Shown: in pieces, positions 44,919-52,214 of the stretch | Layout: each line of letters opens with the position of its first letter | Position numbering within the stretch: the stretch's first letter is position 1 | IMG/VR virus record: IMGVR_UViG_3300025645_000104 | Location: 1 to 52,214 of that record | Reading direction: 5' to 3' (one strand) | Length of the DNA: 52,214 bases | From: a virus | Lineage: Duplodnaviria > Caudoviricetes | Program-made: the position numbers and the translations under genes | The notes under the pieces: model-generated | The model's database searches: none | Told to the model about the DNA's origin: nothing | What the model saw: the letters and a program-made list of their open reading frames with translations, nothing else

Positions 44919-47900
44919 TTATATACTAGATGTTTTAGCTAAACTTCTAATTAAATCAGTTAATAACGCATCGTATGTTTTACCTGCATCTCCTTCATTA
45001 GCCATTGCAGTTGCTAAAAGCTGTACTTCTCTGTTCTGATAATTTTCAGAAGATTTAAATTTTTGATCTGCTTGATCTCTTAACTCTTGCCAAAGAAAAG
45101 CAAGTGATTGACTATTTAAATTAAAAGCGTTCATAGCGTTTTGCATAGCAACTTGATTATCTGCTGCAGTATTAGCAGTATTAACCTGTCTTCTCCAAGC
45201 TACGTTAGATTGTTCTACAGCTTGAGCATTTTGCTTGTTCCATTGATCTCTACTAAAAGATAATTGAGCATTTGTTTTATCTATATCAGCTTTTAAAGCT
45301 GAATTTGCTTTTTCTAAATCTGCTTCTGTTTGAAAACGAATAGCGTTGTTTGCATTATTTTGTTGTACATTAAACTGTTTCATTGCATTTTGTTGTTGAG
45401 CGTTAGTTGTAGAAATTTGAGCAGCTAAACCAGTCATAAACTGCTGTGTTTGATTTTCGCTTGTAGCGTTAAATTGCGATGCTGCGTTTTGAGCAGCTTG
45501 ATTAGACAACATTGTTTGCTGTTTCATTTGAGCTGTTAAAATATTTGATTGCTGTGTATTAGTAAGATTAGTTAAATCTACTTGTAAAAAAGCTTGAGCA
45601 TTTTGTATTTGTGCTTTTTGATAAAAATCTGCTTCGGCTAAATTTGCTTGTGCTAATAAAGTAGCATTTTGTATAGTTGCTTGCTGATCGTTAGTAGCTT
45701 CTGTTAGTCCTATAGTTTGCATAAACTTACTGTTAGATAAAGTTGTTTGCTGATCTGCGCTAAACTGAGCCATGTCCATTTGAAATACAGAAGTTGCGTT
45801 TTGTAAAGCTGTTTGTTGTCTAGCTTGCGCGTTAAATAAATCTATTTTTGATTCTATATCTCTTGATTGAGCTACGCTTTGTTGTATAGCTTGTGCATTA
45901 GCTTGTGCAATAGGAACAGCAGACTGTATTATAGCATTAAATAAATTATCTCTGCCTACAGTTGAAGCAGATAAACCGCGTTGCGCTAACATCTGTTCTA
46001 CTGCTGAAACTGCAGGGTTAGCCCATGTAGGTATGTCTCCATTTTCCATACCTTTTAAAAGACTGTCTAGTTGATTAGATACTAATGCTTCTTCTGGAAG
46101 ATCGCCAATAACTCCACGTTCTGTTTCTGTAAAATTCATTAAACGATCTTCAAGATTTTCTGGATCGTTACCAAGCTCTGCTATAGCTTCTTCTGACATA
46201 CCTGCGTTACGTAGTTGTTTTTTAGCTCTGGTAACTTTTGACAAAGTTGTACCTGCTGCTTGAGCTGCTATAGCTGTAGCATTAGGACTAAGCGTACCTA
46301 TTACTCTTTCAGCTAATGCTCCTTCAGGAACTGTTACGTCTGCTCCACTTATAGGTGCAACACGATCTACTTGTGCAGCTTTAGCGATTGAATCGTCACC
46401 AATTGCTCCTGTAGCTGCTGCAATTTGTTCTTGTGGTGTAACTTGTGCAGCTTGCATCTGAGCTGCAGTGACTGCATCAGGTGCTTGAGCTTGAGCTGCT
46501 TGTTGAGCCTGTGAAGCTTGTAACGTAGGAGCTGTTATTGTCGGAGCAGCTACTGTATCTACTGCATCCATTTGCATAGTTGCTGCATCTGGTCCAGCTT
46601 TCACTTGTTGTGGTGTAGGTATCTGTGGTCCTTGTGCTGTTCCTGCAACAATATCTTGAGCTATCTGTCTAGACTTGTTATCAGGAACTGTAGTATTTTC
46701 TGTATCTTTATTAGTTGTATCATCTGCCACAGTATCTTCCCCTGTTTCTGTTTCTATTTGTGTTTGTGTAGGTATAGGATTAGTAACTGGATCATAAGGT
46801 GTGTATACATAATCTTCTTCTGCTACTCCAGTTCCACCGTTATTTTTTAACCACTCTTCATAAACTTGTCCAACTGTACCACTTGTAAAAACATTTCCGT
46901 CAGCAGATTCATACATATCCGTAGTACGTGGTCCAGACATAACTTTTTTATATTCTGGTGAATTTAAAAAATTTGCATAGTTTTCTTTTGTAGAAGTTGG
47001 TCCTTTTATTACACCTATTTCTTTAAGACTAGCTTTATAAGCTTCAGGATAGTTAGCATACAACCAGTTTTGAGTTTCTTCTGCGTTTGGTTGTCTGCCT
47101 AAATTATTCATTGCTCGTTGAGCTTCTTGAAAATGTTTATTTCCAAGAGGAAGTGGATTACCGTCTACGTCTGTGTCAAGACCTTCTAATTCTCTACGTT
47201 TGTTTTCAAATTTTCTAGCTGCGTCAAGGCTTTGAGGTACTCCGTCTGGATTTGTTCCATAAGTTGTATCTGCATAATTACCACCATCTTCTGATCTCCA
47301 AGCATCTCCTCTTGCTCCCATTCCAGAACCAACTGAATAACCAACGACTGCTGCTGCTGCAGCTTTATCTCCTGCTACTCCGAGACTACCTACAGGAGCA
47401 TCTGGATCTACTGGAGGATCATCTCCTGCGCCTTCTTTATTAAACTGTGTTCCCGGACCAACTCCTGAAAATTTAAGAGGCATAGCTGATAATACAGTTC
47501 CTGACTTTCCTGTAGATACTTTACCGCTTACAATATCTTCCATTGCAATTCCGTCTACTGCTACCTCACCTTTTCTTATAAGTGTAGCTGCTACTGCTTT
47601 AGCTATATCATCTCTAGTAAGAGGATCGTTACCTACTCCTCCTCTTGAAGTACCTCCAGTTTGAAAATTAAAAGTTTTATTTCCAACTTTAATTTGTGTG
47701 TCTATTATATCTACTAGTGCTTTCGTATCTGCAGCCGTTACTGGTAAGCCGTCTGCTTCTGCTTTGTCAAATAAAGGACCAATAACATCTGCTGCCAAAT
47801 CAAAAGCTTTTGTTGTTCCTTTCCATATAAGTGACAAAGGATTAACTAACGCTTCTACACCGACTGTTAATACATCAACAACTGTAACTTTTTTTCCTGC

Positions 47901-48536
47901 TGTAACGGCTTTGCTATATAAACTGCCAACTTTATTAGTAATTGACTCTTTTTGAGCAGCAGTTTGATTTAAGTTTAACAGTGCCATATCTGCAGCATCA
48001 AGGTTTAAACCAGTATCTGTTCTTTTTACTTCGGTTACTGTTCCTGCTGTAGGAGGTCTAATAGGATAAGTATCGTATGTGTCTTCCATTCCTCCTGTTG
48101 ATTTTACTCTTTCTGTTACTGTAGTAGTAGTAGAAGGTCTTCCTTTAGTAGTTCCTGTTACTTTAGGAAACGAACTATACATAGGAGGAGATACAGATGC
48201 GCTTTCTTGCATATCTCTGTCAGCAGGATCAAAAGGTTTAAACGGAGCTTGTCTTTGTGGCGGTTGTTGAACAGGAGCAGGTTGTTGAACAGGAGCAGGT
48301 TGTTGAACAGGAGCAGGTTGTTGAACAGGTTGCTGAACAGGTGTAGAAACTGCAGGTTTTACAGGAGCTTTAGATTTTCCTTGATGTGCAGGATCGTTGC
48401 GCCATTGTTCTAAAGCTACTTGATATTCGTCACCTGAGTTATAGTCTCTACGACTTGGTCTACCACCATGAGCATATTTAACTCGACCACCTTTACGATA
48501 ATCTTTTCTTTTACTTCTGTCTCTTTTACGCGCCAT
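44919..48536 (-). CDS. Putative internal virion protein with Q/A/N-rich coiled C-terminus
   Basis: 1205 aa; PVQQPA repeats, long NAQ/QFN-rich region. Confidence 0.65.
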   Translation of the reverse strand: MARKRDRSKRKDYRKGGRVKYAHGGRPSRRDYNSGDEYQVALEQWRNDPAHQGKSKAPVKPAVSTPVQQPVQQPAPVQQPAPVQQPAPVQQPPQRQAPFKPFDPADRDMQESASVSPPMYSSFPKVTGTTKGRPSTTTTVTERVKSTGGMEDTYDTYPIRPPTAGTVTEVKRTDTGLNLDAADMALLNLNQTAAQKESITNKVGSLYSKAVTAGKKVTVVDVLTVGVEALVNPLSLIWKGTTKAFDLAADVIGPLFDKAEADGLPVTAADTKALVDIIDTQIKVGNKTFNFQTGGTSRGGVGNDPLTRDDIAKAVAATLIRKGEVAVDGIAMEDIVSGKVSTGKSGTVLSAMPLKFSGVGPGTQFNKEGAGDDPPVDPDAPVGSLGVAGDKAAAAAVVGYSVGSGMGARGDAWRSEDGGNYADTTYGTNPDGVPQSLDAARKFENKRRELEGLDTDVDGNPLPLGNKHFQEAQRAMNNLGRQPNAEETQNWLYANYPEAYKASLKEIGVIKGPTSTKENYANFLNSPEYKKVMSGPRTTDMYESADGNVFTSGTVGQVYEEWLKNNGGTGVAEEDYVYTPYDPVTNPIPTQTQIETETGEDTVADDTTNKDTENTTVPDNKSRQIAQDIVAGTAQGPQIPTPQQVKAGPDAATMQMDAVDTVAAPTITAPTLQASQAQQAAQAQAPDAVTAAQMQAAQVTPQEQIAAATGAIGDDSIAKAAQVDRVAPISGADVTVPEGALAERVIGTLSPNATAIAAQAAGTTLSKVTRAKKQLRNAGMSEEAIAELGNDPENLEDRLMNFTETERGVIGDLPEEALVSNQLDSLLKGMENGDIPTWANPAVSAVEQMLAQRGLSASTVGRDNLFNAIIQSAVPIAQANAQAIQQSVAQSRDIESKIDLFNAQARQQTALQNATSVFQMDMAQFSADQQTTLSNSKFMQTIGLTEATNDQQATIQNATLLAQANLAEADFYQKAQIQNAQAFLQVDLTNLTNTQQSNILTAQMKQQTMLSNQAAQNAASQFNATSENQTQQFMTGLAAQISTTNAQQQNAMKQFNVQQNNANNAIRFQTEADLEKANSALKADIDKTNAQLSFSRDQWNKQNAQAVEQSNVAWRRQVNTANTAADNQVAMQNAMNAFNLNSQSLAFLWQELRDQADQKFKSSENYQNREVQLLATAMANEGDAGKTYDALLTDLIRSLAKTSSI
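48262..48342. repeat. In-frame tandem repeat (18 bp x3 plus two 12-bp units)
   Basis: GGTTGTTGAACAGGAGCA x3 encodes PVQQPA repeats on the minus strand. Confidence 0.95.
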
Positions 48537-48544
48537 TTAAGTTC

Positions 48545-48784
48545 CTAATTAGTTTTAACTTCAAAAAGCTTATCAAGTTTTGTTTCCAGTTTACTGAGCA
48601 TACGCATCACACGATCCATACTGCTTTCCATTTCATCTTTAGTTACATAAGTCCTAGCTACTTCTTCTCTGGTCTTATTTAAGAGTACGTCAATTCTTTT
48701 AAGCTCTACAAAGTTCTGTCGAATACTATAGACTACAGGAGCTATGACTAAAGTTATAAGTATGTTCCAAGTTTCTATATCCAT
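48545..48784 (-). CDS. Small TM plus coiled-coil protein
   Basis: WNILITLVIAPVV...YVTKDE...KLETKLDKL. Confidence 0.7.
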   Translation of the reverse strand: MDIETWNILITLVIAPVVYSIRQNFVELKRIDVLLNKTREEVARTYVTKDEMESSMDRVMRMLSKLETKLDKLFEVKTN

Positions 48785-48785
48785 A

Positions 48786-49469
48786 TTATGCTACCTGTAT
48801 ATCCCAACAATTTAAATTAGCTGCTACTGTTCTACGTTCTCCGTCACCTTTAAAAGGATAAACCATATGTTGTAACCAACTTGGAAACAAATAAAGCTTA
48901 CCTACTTGAGGTTGTAGTACAAAGCTCTGTGGAGGCTTTAGAGTCTCTATATCTGTAACGTGCTGTTGACCATAACTAAAGGCTAAATAGCCGTCACAGT
49001 CTCCACTAGCGTTATACAAGTTATAGTTTGGAGTACCTGCTGTAGGTTGATCTAGTATTTGTTGTGGTACTTTAGTCCACGTAGTACACGATATACCCAT
49101 TAATGTTTTAGTTCCGTGACTGTGAATAGGATTATAATCTCTTTCGTAACTGTGTACTGACCACAGCTCATCCATTTCTACACGCTTGTTAGTTTTGTAA
49201 GTTGCACCAGTAGCCTGAGAAAAGCGGTTAATATATTCAGCACCCAAACTACATAGTAAGTTAGTAAATTCAGAAACTTTTTCATCGTTATGATCCATTA
49301 ATAATTGCTGTCCGTGTTGTATCTGACCAACTAATGTGGAAGCAAGCGACTTACGTTTCTTTTCTTTTAAGTAACTATCTAAGTAAGTGTTAAGATTAGT
49401 TACTACATCTTCTGATACATCGTGTTCCATTACGAAAACACTAGGCATCGTATGCACTTGTGTTGTCAT
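48786..49469 (-). CDS. 2OG-Fe(II) oxygenase
   Basis: YNPIHSH...LFPSWLQHMVYPF...ERRTVAAN. Confidence 0.85.
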   Translation of the reverse strand: MTTQVHTMPSVFVMEHDVSEDVVTNLNTYLDSYLKEKKRKSLASTLVGQIQHGQQLLMDHNDEKVSEFTNLLCSLGAEYINRFSQATGATYKTNKRVEMDELWSVHSYERDYNPIHSHGTKTLMGISCTTWTKVPQQILDQPTAGTPNYNLYNASGDCDGYLAFSYGQQHVTDIETLKPPQSFVLQPQVGKLYLFPSWLQHMVYPFKGDGERRTVAANLNCWDIQVA

Positions 49470-49473
49470 AGAG

Positions 49474-49791
49474 TTAACTCGGTACGCTAAAAGATTCGTC
49501 TGCTACAGGTGGTACTACAGGATTAGTTATTACTGAATCTACTTGACTAGCAAATACTATATCCCAACTTGATACTGGACAAAGTGCTGTAAGGTCTGCT
49601 AGGCTAAATGTGCCTTTAGCTGCTGCGGTAAAATCACCATCAGCGGCTACTGCTGTGTGGCTAAAAGTAGAAGTGTAGTAAGTAGCATCACCTTCACTAT
49701 CGTTTTCATACTTCATCTCTAGTCTCCATTCCTGTGCCTTACTAGACTTTTCAGATGGTATTGCTTTTGTCATTGTTTTAGTTACTGCCAT
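49474..49791 (-). CDS. Tail-fibre-associated small protein
   Basis: Directly after the fibre gene; GAGG RBS. Confidence 0.6.
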   Translation of the reverse strand: MAVTKTMTKAIPSEKSSKAQEWRLEMKYENDSEGDATYYTSTFSHTAVAADGDFTAAAKGTFSLADLTALCPVSSWDIVFASQVDSVITNPVVPPVADESFSVPS

Positions 49792-49793
49792 AT

Positions 49794-52214
49794 CTATTCC
49801 TCGTTACATTTACATTTAGGTTGTGTTTTTAATTCTTCGACTTTTGCCGAAAGCTCTTGGACTGCTTTGACCATCATTGGCATTAAAGCACCATAAGCAA
49901 TATTTTGTTGTCCATCATCATCTTCTGACCAAAATTGAAACCCATCTGCTATTTCAGAATATTTATCTATAACTGCTTTTGCTTCTTGAGCTACAAAGCC
50001 GTGATGAGTATTAGAGTTTCTATATGATTCAGTAGAGCCTTCTACATAGTTTTTTGCCCAACTAGGTATATCACCTTCGTCTTTCCATTGGTATGTAATA
50101 GGTCTTAAATCAGTAATAAAATCTAAACCAATATTAGAATCTTTAATATTCTTTTTAAATCTTTCGTCTGAAGTACCTGACCAATCTCCAGTAGCTCCTA
50201 AAGCAATATGAGAGTTGTTTGATCCATCACCTACAGTAAATCTAGTCAGACCACCACTTGTTAAAGTAGCGTTACCTGTACCGATAACTATTTGATTAGA
50301 ACCAGTAGCACTATTAGCTTTTGAACGATAACCAATTAAAGTATTGTAGCTTGCAGTAGTATTATTCTCACCAGCATCTTTACCTAAAAAAGTATTGCCC
50401 TGTCCAGTAGTATTAGAATCACCAGCATTTGAACCTACTGCTGTATTAAGAAGACCTGTAGTGTTTGCGGCTAAAGAAGAAATACCGATTGATGTATTGT
50501 TATGTCCTGTTGTGTTTGCTGTTAATGCACTATGACCAACTGCTGTATTAGCGTTTGCTGTGGTGTTTGCTATTAAAGCAGCAGCACCAACAGCTGTATT
50601 GTTAGCACCAGTAGTAGTAGCACTTAAAGAATAATATCCTAAACCGGTGTTACCAGCACCAGTAGTAATGGCATCACCAGCGTATGCGCCAACTAGAGTA
50701 ACACCTGCCACATTAGCATTTGTGCCAGCGTGATACCCAACATAAGTTGCATCATAGCTGGTTGAAGTTAATCCAGCACCAGCACCAACTGCTGTATTTG
50801 AATTACCTGTTGTATTAGCTCCTAAAGCACCATCACCAAGAGCAACATTATTTGTTCCTGTCGTATTCGCATCAAGTGAAGTAGCACCTACCGCAACATT
50901 GTTTGTGCCTGTAGTGCTTGATTGCATAGCACTTTTACCAACAGCTACGTTTGTATCGCCAGTTGTATTATCTGCTAAAGCTCCATAACCAACTGCGGTA
51001 TTATTAGATGCTGTGGTGTTAGTTTGTAAACAAGCCTGACCAACCGCAACATTTGACGCACCAGTAGTATTTGCTGCAAGTGCGTTTTCACCAAAAGCTG
51101 TATTATAAGAAGCTGTTGTATTTGCAGCCATAGCACCTTCACCAACCGCTGTGTTTTGAGTTCCTGTGGTGTTTGCTGTTAAAGCATCCATACCAACAGC
51201 AGTGTTGTTAGAAGCGGTGGTATTTGCAAGTAAAGCATCTTTACCAATAGCTGTATTACCCGCACCTGTACTATTAGTTTGTAAAGCCGACCTTCCAACT
51301 GCAACATTATTTGCTGCGGTTGTATTTCCAGATAAAGATAAAGCACCTAATCCAGTATTACTAGAACCTGTCGTATTTGCATCAAGGGAATTGTTACCCA
51401 TTGCTGTATTATTAGAACCTGTTGTAAGTTTAGCTAACGCTTGTGCGCCTACACCTGTATTATTATCACCACTTGTAAGATCATCAAATGCTTCATTACC
51501 AAAACCTGTATTGTTAGAAGCTGCATCTAGTGTACCTGTACCTGCATCGTTGCTGATAAGCATACTACCTACAAAGTTTGTTTTAGGACCAGTTATGCCT
51601 ACTGTATTAATTGTAGAAGAAGCTGTAATTGCTCCATCAACTTGTAGTGTAGAAGCCATATCTACCGCACCGTCAATGTCTACGACATCTAGGTTGGCTG
51701 TGCCTGCAACATCTATTGCACCACTAATATCTAACGTAGCTGCATCAAGCTCACCGCTTATAGTAAGGTTTCGTACACCTGTATAATCTTTGTTAGAGTC
51801 CAATATAACAGCTTTAGAAGCTACTGCCGTACCTATTGCTGTACTACCTATGTCTAGAGCATTAAGCTCTCCTACTACGGCTGTGATGCCGTCTAAGGCA
51901 TTAAGCTCTTCAGGTGTTGAAGTAACCTGAGTATTACTTGCTGCAGCTAATACAGGAACTGTACCTGATACGTTAGGTAAAGTAATTGTTCTATCTGCTG
52001 TAGCATCTACAATAGTAAGTGTAGTTTCGTGTGCATCAGCAGTAGCACCTTCAAATACAACAGCGTTGTTTGCGCTCATAGTAACTGAGTCTACAGTACT
52101 AAGAGTACCACTAACTGAAATGTTAGTTGCAGAAAGAGTTCCTGTGCTTGGGTTGTATTTTAAATCACCATCTGATTCTAAACCTAAGTTACCACCGTCT
52201 AAGTCTCCACCTGC
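49794..52214 (-). CDS. Tail fibre, C-terminal part with 14-aa beta-roll repeats and an S74 intramolecular chaperone (open at the right end)
   Basis: Frame stays open to 52214; many NTAVG..AL..NTTG repeats; SDERFKKNI...GFVAQE chaperone motif. Confidence 0.9.
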   Translation of the reverse strand, partial: AGGDLDGGNLGLESDGDLKYNPSTGTLSATNISVSGTLSTVDSVTMSANNAVVFEGATADAHETTLTIVDATADRTITLPNVSGTVPVLAAASNTQVTSTPEELNALDGITAVVGELNALDIGSTAIGTAVASKAVILDSNKDYTGVRNLTISGELDAATLDISGAIDVAGTANLDVVDIDGAVDMASTLQVDGAITASSTINTVGITGPKTNFVGSMLISNDAGTGTLDAASNNTGFGNEAFDDLTSGDNNTGVGAQALAKLTTGSNNTAMGNNSLDANTTGSSNTGLGALSLSGNTTAANNVAVGRSALQTNSTGAGNTAIGKDALLANTTASNNTAVGMDALTANTTGTQNTAVGEGAMAANTTASYNTAFGENALAANTTGASNVAVGQACLQTNTTASNNTAVGYGALADNTTGDTNVAVGKSAMQSSTTGTNNVAVGATSLDANTTGTNNVALGDGALGANTTGNSNTAVGAGAGLTSTSYDATYVGYHAGTNANVAGVTLVGAYAGDAITTGAGNTGLGYYSLSATTTGANNTAVGAAALIANTTANANTAVGHSALTANTTGHNNTSIGISSLAANTTGLLNTAVGSNAGDSNTTGQGNTFLGKDAGENNTTASYNTLIGYRSKANSATGSNQIVIGTGNATLTSGGLTRFTVGDGSNNSHIALGATGDWSGTSDERFKKNIKDSNIGLDFITDLRPITYQWKDEGDIPSWAKNYVEGSTESYRNSNTHHGFVAQEAKAVIDKYSEIADGFQFWSEDDDGQQNIAYGALMPMMVKAVQELSAKVEELKTQPKCKCNEE
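52087..52214. repeat. Imperfect copy of 1-128
   Basis: Manual alignment, 9 mismatches. Confidence 0.95.

Noticed and set aside
51166-51786. 206-aa plus-strand ORF and other antisense ORFs (e.g. 34-267, 403-708, 31262-31669)
   Set aside because: Shadow frames of repetitive or biased genes on the opposite strand, without RBS

Overview
Near-complete ~52 kb genome of a lytic, probably marine, podovirus-type dsDNA phage. I found no RNA polymerase, integrase or tRNA gene. Two arms diverge from a ~1 kb non-coding region (12.9-13.9 kb). The minus arm carries TerS, TerL, portal, scaffold, major capsid, tail proteins and a tail fibre gene that crosses the window ends. It continues with a 2OG-Fe(II) oxygenase, ejection proteins, lysozyme/holin, small basic proteins and a curli-like CsgF-CsgG-curlin-FecR module. 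The plus arm carries small early genes (two DNA glycosylase-like proteins, a WYL-like protein), T7-type SSB, primase-helicase, PolA (Tyr762 type), nucleases and a class II ribonucleotide reductase. Most interesting: (1) a cluster of host regulator sites (Fur, DnaA, LexA) plus a five-copy phage operator in the non-coding region; (2) a promoter-driven hairpin RNA whose loop is complementary to the primase-helicase RBS and start codon; (3) a scaffold-gene leader with three identical asymmetric internal loops; (4) the curli-like secretion module with overprinted signal peptides; (5) an RxxΦxxGG motif shared by several late proteins. All family calls come from reading motifs by eye; no database searches or folding programs were run.
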